The translations under genes and the position numbers were made by a program. A stretch of DNA of 64,000 bases, taken from NCBI GenBank assembly GCA_047495785.1, contig JBLDXI010000032.1:434001-498000 (forward strand). Reading direction: 5' to 3'. This DNA comes from Lepidodermella squamata. Its lineage: Eukaryota; Animalia; Gastrotricha. The notes beneath the pieces were generated by a model, which was not told where the DNA came from, did no database searches, and saw nothing but the letters and a program-made list of their open reading frames with translations. Positions 36,290 to 50,108 of the stretch are shown here, in pieces. Position 1 is the first letter of the stretch. Each line of letters begins with the position of its first letter.

Positions 36290-39200
36290 ATGTCTACGGC
36301 ATCTTCGGGTAGCTCGGATACCATCCCGGTCGGTACGCGTGGCAAGAAGCGTCGCAAAAAGCGTAATAAAACCACAGTTACAACGGACGCAGAGGAGCCA
36401 AAGGTTACTGGAGAAAACTTACCTCTGGCGTCAAAATCGGCTTCCGATTCCGAGGAGGACTTGCGCGAATCCTTGTCATCCTCGAGCTCAAGCAGCAGTT
36501 CAGAGTCTGAGTCGGACTCTGAGTCTATAATTTCACTCCCTCCTCCTCTTGACGGCGGATGGGGATGGGTAGTTGTGATTGGTTCTTTTTTTGCACACTT
36601 CCTTTGCGATGGTCTTGCCTATAATGCTGGGATCATCTATGAACATCTACATGATACCTTCCACACTGGCGCAAGTGAAACCGCCTGGGTATCGTCTGTT
36701 TTTCTCGCTGTTCCTTACCTTCTTGGCCCGTTTGCCGGCGCATTTACTGATCGTTATGGATGTCGCGTGGCAACAATTACTGGGGCAATTATCGGCTGTA
36801 TCGGCTGCGTCCTTAGCTACTTCGCGGATTCACTGGCTATGCTATGTATCACATTCGGTGCGATATTTGGTCTTGGCCAGGCTCTTGTGCTATTTGCATC
36901 TTCGGTCATTGTTCCCTACTATTTTGAGGAACGTAGATCTTTAGGTGAGTTTCAGATGAATACAATTTTTTGTTAATAACTTATTCCAATTTAATATGCA
37001 TTACAGCATATGGCATAGCGGTTTCTGGATCTGGAATCGGTACAGCAGTTTTAGCTCCACTTCTTAAAATGCTGATGCACGAATACGATTGGCGTGGTAT
37101 GATGCTGATTCTCGGTGGCATGTCTCTAAATCTCGTTGTCTGCGGCGCTTTGTATCGCCCGTTGGCTACTCGTGAATTCAAACGAAAATTCCGGAGCAAG
37201 AGGAATTTGGAAAAGTTTGAAAACATGTCTCGTATGTCACGCGAGAGCAGCCTTTTCGTAGCTGGTACCCCACCTACCGCACGGTTACCAGATTCAGAAT
37301 TTATCGGCGATGACCCATCTGCCAACGTCGCCGATAAATTATCGCCTCATAGCCATTTTCAAAATTCTGGAGATCTTGAAATTATCGCTGAAGATCTGAT
37401 CACTATCGATGTACCTGGAAATTCACTGGGGGCAGCGCCGCCTGCATTTACGCGCTCTTGCGATGTCGTTACTTTCGACAATTACACCTCAACCGAGCTA
37501 TCATCTCAGCTATTGTCGAATGTGACGAATGTCGAGAAAGCTCATCTTGGTCGTGGTAAATCTCTTGAGCGGCGTCGCAAGCGATCGAAAAATCCCCGGG
37601 AAGTCCGCTTGGTCCCGGTCACACGCCGCCAGCCTCACACCATCGCACCCTTATCACGGGTCGATATTTTCTACCGAGGCTCGGCTTTGAACAACCACAT
37701 GCAGAAAGTGAAAACAACAAACTTGGCCGATCAGCAACGCGCGCTTAGTTGCCCTCATTTGGCACCTCGTGAACCTAAGAAACCACGCTGGCATGCGCAA
37801 GCCACCGACTTTTTCACAGAGGTAAGTCAATATTTACATTCCCTTAGCGCTCTTATTATTTATTGTCATTGATGCGGTGTAAATGAAGATCAAGATAGGG
37901 CGTTTTTTTCTCTTCTGGAAACATCTACGGGGCGTGTCGATCGCAGCAAGGCGCGTTAGCATGTTTACATGCGGTATTACAAAGGCGAAAAAAATGTTTA
38001 TGGTTTAGCGATTGATAGTTTTTTCTTAGCCCCACCCTGGCTGCACGTGCTTTGTTGCCAGGGATGGAACATTGCGCGCGCACATGAAAAAGCTCGTTTT
38101 TTCATCTTCTCGTTAAATCTCTATGACTCGCAAGTGTTTCCCCCTCCGGCTAATCACACTAATAAATCAGCTTTATGTCATCGCGCACTTACAGCACGAA
38201 TATTGATTTGACCCCTTTAACCGCAGCCTAGATGAATGCAGAACGAGAGTGCGAATCAGCGTTTTTCTCGGCTGAATGCCACACATAGAAAAAAACTTGA
38301 TGCGAACTTGAATTTCAACACGCGAATGATGATAATGAGTTGCGACGTGCGCGAGCCGGTGTTTTACCAGAGCTATAGCATTACATGCACACATTGGCTA
38401 CCTCAAGTGCAAATTTACTTTTTTTCACGTTCGTTGTTACTCGAGAGAAGCTTATTAGCTAGCGTAGGCTTATCAGCCGTCATAGGTTAAATGGTAAATG
38501 TAGATATCGTTTGCAAACGACCCCGCCAGGTCCTGGTGGGAAAACATTGATAGAAAGTAAACATTTAAATTTAATCCAGAAATGGCAAATAAAAAATAGA
38601 GCGAAAATGACTGGAAATTAAATGATGAGAAAAACTTTTTAAGGTGGATTTTTTAAAATTGGCTTTTTTTGTTTTCAGGTCGGTGATTCGCTGCGGCGAA
38701 TGGGATCAATGTCAATCATGCGCCGGCCGTTGTTTTTCTGGTTCTGGCTATCGAACTTCCTGTTCTACATGTGGTTCGAAGTGCCGCTGAACTACATTCC
38801 AGAATTTACGACGAAACTAACCGGCTCCGAGCATAATGACGTAATTGTCATAATCATAGGTCTCGTCACCTGCGTCGGCCAAGTTATCTTCGGCTGGCTG
38901 GCCGACCAGGAGTGGATGTCCTCACTGTTGCTGTACGGCGTTGGTGTGTCGATAACAGGCATTTCCACGCTGTTTTTGCCGCTGATTAAAGACTACTGGG
39001 GCTTATCTATCTATGCGTTCATTTTCACGATTGGCTCCTGCGGCAACACGGCACTGGATACGACGATTCCGACCGAGATTCTCGGCATCAAACGCCTGAC
39101 TAATGCTTACGGCCTGCTGATGGTCGGGCAGGGCGTGGGCTCGCTTTTCGGTGCACCACTCGCCGGTTATATTATCGACCTTTACGATGTGGAGACATAC

Positions 39201-40857
39201 GGCGAGATGCAAGGGTTTGTGACTTTTCTCGCGTATTTTTTGCTTTACTTGATAACGGCGAACTCTCTGCTCGCACTCCAATTAATAATGCATTAGTCTG
39301 GACAGTATAAGATAAACACTTTTGTTAACAAGGCGCGCGCGCGCTCGTTGTGCAATACAAAGTGAGGCCTAATTGATACTGCTATAGTAAACAATAACGC
39401 GACTGGCGACGAGACAGACGCCCGGAATGTGGACTGTAACCTTGACGTAGGCGGCGGGACAAAAACTAAGAGTGACGTGCCTGGCGTTAATTGGCCTAGG
39501 CTGATAACACATGTTTGTTATCTCAGTTTGATTTGACGCGGTTCAAATTGATTGAAAATTTTGCAATAATTTTATAATCAAATGAGCGATAAATGCCGAA
39601 ATGTCGCGATTTGGTAATCAATTTCAAGGATAGCCAAAGATGGAGTCATTGGTAACAGTCTCCTATAGGTCGATTACTTTCGAGAGGGTATTGTGGTATT
39701 ATTTCCTTGTTAAAATTGGAGAAAATTGAAAACTGAAGCTGTCATTTTTCTTCATTTCAAAAAAGAAAATGTTTGTCTTCTGTCATATTTCATTAGCATT
39801 TCGATGATCTCAACTGTCACCTCAAGCTATCAGATTGTTTATGACATTTTGGGTTGTTTCAACGTTTTTGGCGTCGGCGTAAATTGTGAGGAGCTGCGGA
39901 AATTCCGAAAAATAGGTCAACAAATTAAACTTAACTGTCCTCGAGGAACAAAGATACGAGTGATCAAATTTATGTCCAACCATTTTTTCAGGCAGTAACT
40001 TGACCCCCTTGCTAATGTCCTAAAATTAGTAAATGTTCTTAGCAGGTTAATCAAACATGCTAAGGTTTATTGAGTGCGAGTCTGGTTCTCGCTAAATATG
40101 AGTCATTAAAAAATTCGCTAGCATGATTAATGAATAAGTGATAAAATTTGGCGTTGCAATCTAATGATGTGTTTTGTGTGTTTGATGCAGATACCTGGTG
40201 TGTTTCATGCACACGGGCGCTTGGCTGCTCGTCAGTGGCATTATGATCGGCGTGCTGACGCCGTTCTACCGCCGCTTGCGCCACTGGAATCCGTGCAAAC
40301 GCGACGAAGACGACGAAGAAGAGAGCAGGGATGAGGACGAAACATCCGCCACTCACCACTCGCTCAGCAACCGAGATCTGGAAGCCGCTAAGCCGAGCAG
40401 CGGCAAGACGTCGCCGGTTTCGCGGAAGAACGCGCCGCCGGGAGTTGCGACGACGGCCAACTCGGCGAAACTTGGCGTGGTTCGCGTTCACAAAAACGGC
40501 GGCAGTTCAGGAATCGTCACCGACCAGTCGCGGCAAACGTCGCCCTTCGACTGCGGCAGCCACGGCTCGTCGCGGAGCCGGTCGGTCTCGACGAGCGACC
40601 TCACCGCCTTCCCTCCCGGATCTGCGAAAGAATCTGATATTAGTCTTAAAAATCGTGAAGAAGTTTCAGGCAGACTGGCGGCTAGCGAAAAGCGTGAAGC
40701 CGTCCAGGAAACTTCGCTAAGCCAGTCACCATCGTCGGCCACTACCGGCCTGACCAACTCGCCGGCTACTTACGCCGAAACCGCGGTTGGCTACGCTGAA
40801 AATCGCGAAGGCTGGGCCGATACGGTCTACAAAGACCGCAGTCTCACCGTCATATAG
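36290..40857 (+). CDS. SLC16/MCT-family MFS transporter; exons approx. 36290-36943, 37007-37821, 38679-39214, 40191-40857
   Basis: PPPLDGGWGWVVV, DRYGCR, YFEERRS.AYGIAVSGSGIG, LNLVVCGALYRPL, a long central loop and LGIKRLTNAYG; the last junction is in frame. Confidence 0.93.
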
Positions 40858-42277
40858 TCACTTGAAATAGTCATAATTTTCGGAAGAAAAAGGAACAAAG
40901 CGAGAGGAACAAACGACAGCCCTGGAATGGTTTTCTTGTTTCATTGTGTTAATTTAAAAAAAATCCCATTGTCTTAAAATTCGCGTCTTGATTTGGCACA
41001 CGTTCTGACCGTCCTAGCGATTATCTGTGGAAAAAATACCTTCATAAACACAACCCGATTTACGGCTTTTCAACTTCTCTTCATTCTAACGGGTGTGCTC
41101 ATCCATCATCCATGTTGATTTGTCTAGGCTGCTGATATTTTTTCATTATTTCATTCTCCGCGCGCCCGAAATATTGTTTCAGCAAGAATTTGAAAAATTC
41201 AACAAATTGTTAAGGTGGATTTTTTGATCTTGTAAAAAAAAATCACTGCAAGTGCCACGGATGTCCAATTTCAAAGTGGTGCCAAGCTTACTTCTTCATC
41301 ATGCCTGCATAGATATTCACCGTCTAGCTAGCTCGTGAAATACTATATTATAACAGCTTCCGTGTTTGCCCGCTATGTGTCCGCCATTTCAAGACGTGCG
41401 TTTTTTGAATTTAGTCCCTATCGTGTGCGAAAAAAGAACCGAGACACGTCGTCGATATTTTATTATTCACTCTTGAACACACATTATTTGATTTACTCTT
41501 CGTTTTCATTCCTTTATTGTAAAACACAATCATACAATATGATATCAGTTAAAAAAAACAGCTTGAGATAGGCTCCTTCTAACGTCTGTCGCTGTCGTTT
41601 TTTTCTTACCCATGGTATTGTGTAAACTTAACAATTTGGTTACAAAAAAACGAGACAAAACCACCTTAATGTTGATGATGATGAATGATGATAATAATAT
41701 AATTGATACGTGTCTTTCTTGTCGCCGGAAATTTTCTTATCCGTTTCCATTTGACGACTAATCTTTTTAAAACTTGGACAGAAAAAAAGAAATGTAGCAG
41801 AGATTTTTAGTTTCCGACTCTGTTAGTATTCCGCGTTTGTGCACATTTTTGTAAAGGCCTTTTTTCTCTCTTGATGGAGATAACATTTGCCGTGTATAGA
41901 AAAACTTGGTGAAACATGTCTTAGCAAGAACCTCTTGTTTAATTTTCGGACTTGTATCATTTTTGCGCTTTTACGGGGAAAACAGACGTAGCAATATGTA
42001 ACCAACATGAAACTACATCTATTATTATTTATCCATCATTACATCCGCAATTCTTTGCTAAATGTCTTCGTTTGTCTATTGCGTTGAAATTTCAATATAC
42101 TATTTACCTGATCATCCAGACGTATGATATATACAAAGTTGAAAGTGTTCATAATTACAAATAAAAAATAATCTGTGCAAGTCATCGGTCTTTTTATTTT
42201 CAACTCATTCGAAATCACATTTGCAGTTATATTATAATTTAAAATTTTATTGAAAGCATCGTTCCAAGAATGTAGGA

Positions 42278-43866
42278 TTAAATTTCCAGAAACAGAATGT
42301 CTGAAAACGTTGAATTTGAAAGTTTCCGCAGCTCATCTGAAAGAAGATAAAGGGTCAAAAAGGAATTATTTCAGGTCACACTTGAATTACCTGCAACGTG
42401 AATCAGCGTGCACGTGCCACGTTGCCGAGTTACGACTAGAAATAGCTGGCGCTGGGCGGTTTTCTTAACAACAATCCAAGTGTCGTTCGAGACGGAAGTA
42501 GCAACTTCAACGGGCTCGACAGGCCCCAGATAATCTGACAGCATCGTTAGCTTAGCAACGGCGTCCATGGGAACGATTGCGCGATCAATCAAATGCGTCT
42601 TCTCGTCGTGAATTGTCGATTTGAGAGCCGAATTCGATGAATTATAATATATGAACTTGAAATTCGTCTCGTCTTTGCTGGAAAAATAAACAAAATTATT
42701 AAAAAAAAAGTCCATCATCGCCGAGCTCGAGCTAACCTTGATGAAGAAACAGGAACGACAGTTTTCACCAAGTCCGAGGCGAGAATAAGCAGATGTTCCG
42801 AGAAGAAATCCGACAAGTCATGAACAAATTCCTCGTTGATATCACTTTCATTGGGCACGATTACGAATACCATAACCGATAGCATTCGATAAATTAGCAA
42901 GCAGACCGGCTGCTTGTCTGGGTAGGTCGTTAAATAGGCCCGAAAAACCACATGATAAGGACCGCCATCGCTAAACACCGGCTGAACGAAACGGCCATTC
43001 GTCAACGGCTTCGATTTATCGTTCATATCATCCTTCGTAGGCTGCAAGAATCGGCTCGCGTAAAAGAAGAGGGTTTTCGTATCGTCTTGATTAAGACCGG
43101 ACCAAGTTAAGAAATTCGAATGGAAAAACATCGTAGCTTCAATCTGGCTGAATGTACATTCCAAGCGGTTCCTGAAACTCTGAAATGAGAGAATGATTGT
43201 TGAAAATCAATTCCAAGTTCGGGAATTTACATGTATTTTGAGATACGAACTGCGCTCCAATGGGAGAAAAGATACGCCCGAAAAAGTATCGAGCAAACTC
43301 CAGGTAAACGATTGAGCTTCGTTAAGTAGCCGATCGAAAAAGTTTTTCAAGTGATAACGGCAATCCTGAACGCCATGAGCAGTTAGCACGTTTCCAACTG
43401 AATCATAATGCAAGTGCCAGAGCTGCCAGAACATCGATAGCAGAGTCGATAGCACGCCATCAGAAACAAAAGACGTCATGTGCAGCCATCCCGTTGAACT
43501 TGGAACACCTGGCGAACCTTCCGGCCGAACTGATGGGAACTTGATGGTTAGGCATAGCCAAATCGATGGCTCAGGCGAAAACAAAGCTTGTCTTCCATCA
43601 GCGGTTCTTAAAACTCGATACTTTCCATGTGGCGCAAACGTACTATTTGAAAGATGAAAGTGTTCATCAGGATAATTATTTGTTGAATTTTACTTGTAAA
43701 ATCGGAAAAATGCTTCCGCAAGACCAACGTCTTTCAGCTGATCGTCGACAGATCTTGATGATGGATAGCCATATAATATTTTCTCGTGTTCGCGTCCCTC
43801 GTGATTACCGAGCTCTTCGCTAAACACATAGAAGCGGTAGGGAAAATCTGCCAACGAGTTTAACAT
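42278..43866 (-). CDS. CCZ1: Vacuolar fusion protein CCZ1 (longin domains), multi-exon
   Basis: FYVFSEELG..EGRE.EKIL..YP...QLKDVGLAEAFF.F, EP.IW.CL, GVSFLPL....YLKI, FKFIYYN..N.A.KSTIH, WIVVKK...RQLFLV; the last exon ends F..ILFLEI*. Confidence 0.9.
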
Positions 43867-45666
43867 CTATAAAACAGAAAAATACGCTAGAGTTTTAAAA
43901 TGGCAGCAGGAGGAGTAGAGGATATTGGATACTTATTGTTAACTACAAAACACATACAGTCAAACGTGCTATCTACCCTCGAGCGCGGCTAAACTAAACG
44001 ATCTCCGATGGCAATTGATAGCTTGTATTGTTTATAATTTATATAATTGATTGTTGTATAATTGATAATCGTAAATGATCTCCGCTAACGAAAGCATGTG
44101 AATGACAAAATAATTTTAATAATGTACCTCTCTCTGCCGCCTTACCTCTTGTTTTATATTTTCTGGCTACATACAGAAAAACAAACGTACACTATAGTTA
44201 TATAGTTATGTGGTTGTCGCGCCGCGAGCGTCTTTGAGACGGAGGGCAGACAAATGAAATCGTTGACACGCAAAAACTCGAGTCACTGGATAAAACCGCG
44301 CATCAAAAGGAAGCGGAAACCCGACTGAGAATGTTTCTCAGGGCAAGAAAATAACGGCATTGCGAAGAATCACCACAACTGGCGCTGTTATAGAAGAACT
44401 AATTATGTTTTGTCCAAGCTCTTACTAGTTTCACGTCAGAGGGAACATGCCGACATATGAAACAATTCATCCAAATATCTGAGAGCATAGCATTCAATCA
44501 AGAGCGGATAATCATTTTCGCTCGATGAGCACTGCTTATCAAGTACTGAATTCAAATAGATCGGCTACAAGGTGGGTTCTTCCGGTAATGAAAGTTGAAC
44601 AGTTAACGGAATCGACAAAATTAAATAGCGCTCTCTTCGGTGGTTTCTCAGCGCAATCCTCGGGAACAATTTCTTACCACGACATCACTCGAGGGTTTTG
44701 TGTGCTCATGCAACGGTTTCCAGTTTGATGCGAATTTTTAATAAAATGAGCATAATTGATAAGCTGAAATTTCCTAAAAACAGATAGCCAAATCGACGAT
44801 GCATTCCTCGAAACCTGTATCGCATTGTAAAAGCTTCAAGCTTTTTGGAATCCTCCGATTTCATGGGCCCCGATTTTCTTGAGAAAAGTGAAGCAACGCT
44901 ATGTGGCAATCTCAACTGAACTATAAGTTGAGGCAGCTATCCGTTGACCATGAGTTTTTGCATGCGGTTTGCGATAGGCGGGAGACAGTTCGCCCGGCTG
45001 CCGCCTGACAGTTACCTGGCATTTCAGTCTTCAGTCGCGGGATCAAATCTACCGGTGCTGAGGCCCTGCCAAAATGCGAAGGTCAGCAGCTGACTCATAG
45101 CGGAATAAAAGTTATGTTTTTTTGCCAAATTTATTGGGCAAAATCGAATTATGGAATATCGAATAATAAATAACGTGAAAAACAAAAAACGCCTATTAAA
45201 GAACAAAGAACAACAAAGAAAAGCCGGCGGTACGGCAGAGTGCGACTGGCAACCTCACTGTCAAAATCGGGTGTAATCAGCCCAGTGATTATTGTTGCCA
45301 ACTTGGTGATGCCATATGTGCTCATGGGCAACCGGTAGCATCACTCGTTTGAGTTTGCTTATATGGAAATACACCCAAACTGTCTTTATCTTTTGCTTTC
45401 AAGATTTACTCATATTTTTCTTTATTTGGCTCGGTTCCAAGTTTTTGGCACGAGGCCAGTTGCACTCCGTGCAAGGGTTTTAAGTACTTCAATTGCATTT
45501 TATGGTTTTTTCTTTCTTAAATTTACTCAAGGAACAACTTTCTTTCCGAATATTTCGCCACCGTTGTCCTTTTATACTTCACTCTAATTTGACTAATGAC
45601 AAATCATTTTACCTTCCTTTAATTTTGATTAGGCTATAACTGTTTGTTCCGAATCCAAGTGGTGAA

Positions 45667-46133
45667 ATGGAAGACGCCAAACGCCAAATGATCATCATTA
45701 ATCAAGTAAGGTCCAACTTTTGATGTTTAATACTTCATTATATTATTATTTTGACTAGTTCATGCATGCTACCGGCATGCGGGAGGACGAAGCTCGGCGG
45801 TTGCTGGAAGTGTGCAAATGGGATACTCAAGTAATTTTTTACTTTTCAAAATCTCCTGCTTGATTCATGTCATTTTCAGGCTGCTCTAAGTATGTTCTTC
45901 GAACAAGTTCCTACTCTTCCCGTGTGCAAAACGTGCAATACTATTCATCCACCCGGTTATCAAGTGAGCTCATTAGATTGAATTGTTTCTCGAAAAATTA
46001 TGCCTTCATTTCTCAACAGGTCTGCGTCCCTTCCAATACACCTGCTACTCCGCCATCTTTCGACCCATTGATCCTCAACTTGAGTCGCATCAATGCGAAA
46101 CCAGCTCCCTCTCCGCTTTCAATGTCACCATAA
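45667..46133 (+). CDS. UBALD1: UBA-like domain-containing protein (UBALD/FAM100), 102 aa; exons 45667-45705, 45759-45830, 45880-45963, 46020-46133
   Basis: Three phase-0 GT-AG introns give MEDAKRQMIIINQFMHATG...ARRLL...W..QAALSMFFEQ...CVPSNTPATPPSF, matching the family motifs INQF, ALS.FF and P.NTPATPP.F. Confidence 0.88.
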
Positions 46134-49100
46134 ATCATTAAACCAGTGCGTCTGACGCTCATAAAGTGGCCAGCCTATATATAAAAAACTATGTACCTCA
46201 TAAAAGACTTGAAAAATGAAGATGTGGAAGTTATCCTGAACATCGATCAGCTCTTATCCATGTAGATGTTGGAAATTGTTAATCTGGATGATGGACAGAA
46301 CTGAACTGATGTTCTGCGGAGCGAAGGAGTTGTAACGTTAGATCGTTGTAAATAGAAGCACATTTTTCTCACTACGACACTGTCTCATGTCTGTGTTATT
46401 TCGTTCTTTTCTTCAGTTCTTGTTTTCCTTTCTATGCGCGTCATATAATTTCTTTATAAGGCTGAAACTCTCATAGAGAAATTAGCAATTATTTAGGGGT
46501 ATGTCATATCTGCGAAATGTTGCCCCTTAGTTTTTCATGCAACGGTCTCTTATGTGGAGAGGCAAGTTTTCTCATTGTTATCGTTGATCACACAACCTTA
46601 TATAAGCTCTCTCGGTAGCTCTGCAATCGTTGCTTGCGTAATACTGTAGTCATCAAAGCTGCGGGTAAAACTGCTTCACATTTCCAGGTGTGTTGTGTGG
46701 AACAACTTGTCGACTCAGCGTTCGGAAGAGCTTTTTGTTTTATATGACAACTTATAACCTTTGTTTTAATGGTTATCGGCGATCGTACTGAGAAATAACA
46801 GAAAGTTGTTGTTAAGCGAGGTTCATTTTTAAGTATTCTCTTTAAATGGGTCTATTGAAAGCCCTCGCCCAGACATAACTTTAGCTCCCAAAGTTCAACC
46901 ACTTCCCTTGTTCACAGCAGGCTTTTAAACGCCGCTTTTCCAATGCTGCTATCAATGATTTGAAACTGAATAATTTTGTTATATTTTATGTAATAATATC
47001 AATGAATCATGTGTCCTCTTGATTTTTAATGTTTATGATTCGTCCGATTAGTGTCTTCTTTACAAAGCCTCTTAATCATCTCTCACGTCGAGTCGTCTGT
47101 CTTGTGAGACATGACCGGTGAACGATCAAATTACGTAAATGTTTCTAATTCAGTTTCGCTCTCTCGCTATCTCTCGCTGTTAAGCTGTTTTTCTTTAGCA
47201 ATGTGTAACCCTCTTTAAAAATTTGCAAACCGTAGTAGGCGCGAAAAAATCATTTATGTGCATCAATTTTCGGTGGATACTATCACTCAACTTCTGTTTT
47301 GTCCATGATGAGGTCGCAGTCGTCGGCAAATCATTCAAGTCGTCGATGATTGGAGAAAGAAAAATATATATAAATTCAAATATATATATATTGAAAAATC
47401 TAAATATATATACACTTGTTTTACTGAAAGATGTAGCGGCGTTGAAAAAAATAAAGCCGTTTGTTTCTTGTGATTTTTCGTGTTTTGTTGTCCATTATGA
47501 GTCAGTTATCAGGCAAGTCCGGCAGCATAGTATCATTACTTATCGCTGTTATTGAGTGATGGTATGTATTGGATAGCAGCATGCATAAGGGTATTTATTA
47601 TACGCCTATGCATGCGGGCATATTACCTACATCGTGCTCATTTTGAGCTCTCTGTTTTTTTTCTATTCATTGTATACCAAACGCATTTTATACGTTTTTG
47701 GTGTTAGCTGGCTGTTCCGCGTGCGTGGTTGCCATTAGTTCGGCCGCCTATATTTTTTAGGGTGGCTGCGGCTGCTGCTGCTGCTGCTGCTGCCAGGGTT
47801 GTGCGCCATTTTATTATTTACCTTATTTTTTACGCCGAGAAAATTCCTGCCAAAATTTATAATTTGCCAATAGGAGTGATGCCAATTTTATTCATTTCAT
47901 TCATTGGAATTGCTGTCCTGAAAAACGCCGGCGGGTTTTTTAGGCGCTGGACGATGTTGAAAGACCGCCTTTCATGACGTCGCGTAGCAGCTGAGCTCAC
48001 GCGTGTACCAATGCGGGATGACGCAGGGCGAAAAAACATCATGGTTCAAAACCAATAACTCGTTTTTTATTTGAATTCCGTTGTAAATAATAATTAATTA
48101 ATAATAATAAATTAGCAAAAACTACATCATCATCATCATCATCATTCGCCGAGTACAAAAATAAGATGAGGCATAAATACTGAAATAAAGAAACCCAACA
48201 ACATTTTTGAGACATCACACCGGTGAATTCGATTATTAGTATTATTTGATTTTCCTCTGCCGCTTGACTAGCACACGGGTAGCACCACAAAGACCGGAAG
48301 ATGGATAAACAGGGTAAAATCATGAATAAATAAAACAATTTACAGAAACGAACGATGAGTCAATAGAACCGTGCAGGAGAATATACTAGCTATTATTCGA
48401 GCAATTCAATCGATAAAAAGACACGGGTAAACTAGAATATTGAAAATCAAGAAATCGCACCACCTCCGCGTAAAATAATGGAGCAATAATAAAAATTTTG
48501 CTTGCTGGCAACAATTTTGGCACAAAATAACTGGAAGCTAACGACGGGTGTAGTAACGTAACGAGGGAAAGAACAATTAACTGTGCGTAGTAACCCGAAA
48601 TCAAAGACTAACGAGGTAACAAGTTGGGACTAAAAATAAGCAATCACTTAATTGGTGAAAATAGATGTTTTGCACCGAATGCCCCGGATGGGCCTTGACA
48701 TTGCGCAGGACTTGAGAAAAATACAAACACATACATGCACGCACATACATCATTCGTTAAAACATACCGATCAGAGCGCAGACGTACAAATAAAACGCGC
48801 GCATCGATCGTGCGTAGGCAAACTAATGAGAGTGAATTAATACTCGACTTCCAGGTTCGATAGGAAGATTTTCGTCATCATCATCATCACTCTGTTGCCG
48901 CAGTATCAGGTAGAAAGAAAATAATTTGTGCGAATAACTGGACAAAATAAAAACATGTCATGACTTCGTTTTTCCGCAAACCAGACAAAAGCGACTGACC
49001 AGAAAAAAAATAAAGCGATGTGGAAAACTAAGCGCAATAGAAAGAGTTTCGCATCTATAATCATGTAATTTATGAATCCTCATTCACAACTTGAGGGAGA

Positions 49101-49176
49101 TCTGAAAATAGCAAATGTCAGAAATTCACACGGCTGAATTCTTATCGGGTAGCAATTAATGACCGCAAATGCCGGG

Positions 49177-50108
49177 CTATTTCACACTTATTGATTGTCG
49201 AACCAAGTACTGTTCGATTGCGTTGTAATGAATGCGGGAACCTGAAAATGCGACATAGCTGATATCATAATAAGATATTTTTTCAATTTCGTACCTAGGA
49301 TGACAAACACATGCCAAATCGCATGAGCAAATGGTACTCGTCCGTCTAATTTGAAAAAGCATAGCCCAATAACATATACCGCCCCGCCTAGGGAAAGTTC
49401 CAATATTCCTGACATGTCGGCCAGAACGAAGAGCAAAGTCAGCGCGGGTAGCAAGCCAACAGTAACATAAATCAAAGTTTCTGAAAATACACGCTTATAT
49501 AAATATATTCCAAGGCTTCATTAACACATACCTTTATGCTTGTATTTTTCGTAAAACGTATATTGATACAAAACACCGAGAAATGCAAAAATCCAAATTG
49601 CCCACATGAAGAGTGACCTCGCGAATGATGAGCTCAACGGATATGTTGCGTATTCATCGAGCTCTTTAAGCTGAATCCAAGGCGAGTAAGATGCGGCAAT
49701 GAAAATAAAAATCATCGTTCGATCTGACAGGTGCAAGAAATATCGCCATTTACTGAAGAAATACCATATAAATAAATTTATTTTTCATGACTGAGTTTAC
49801 CTATCATAGCTGGCAAAAAATGACACAGCATGAAACACCGTCGACACCAGAAAGAGCAGTATGAGGGATATGCCATAAATAGTTACCGGAAATAGAGCAC
49901 CATTATCACGCGCCAATGATATCAAATGCAATACCGATACAGTGGTCGGTACGATCCATAACTTTTTGAGAAAATAACCCTGTTGCAATATATGTTTAAT
50001 CACAGGAATATTACTTACCCCGTGTGTTAAGATATTTGCAATCTGTTCATTCCTGGTCGGAACATAAGGACTGTTGCAGCAAGTTGGGCGCCGAACATAT
50101 GTGACCAT
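49177..50108 (-). CDS. MMD: MMD/PAQR10-11 (hemolysin III family) membrane protein, about 5 exons
   Basis: Y.PT..E..AN..THG, LFLVSTVFH, DRTMIFIFIAASYSPW, FFKLDGRVPFAHAIWHVFV, IHYNAI..YL. Confidence 0.92.
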
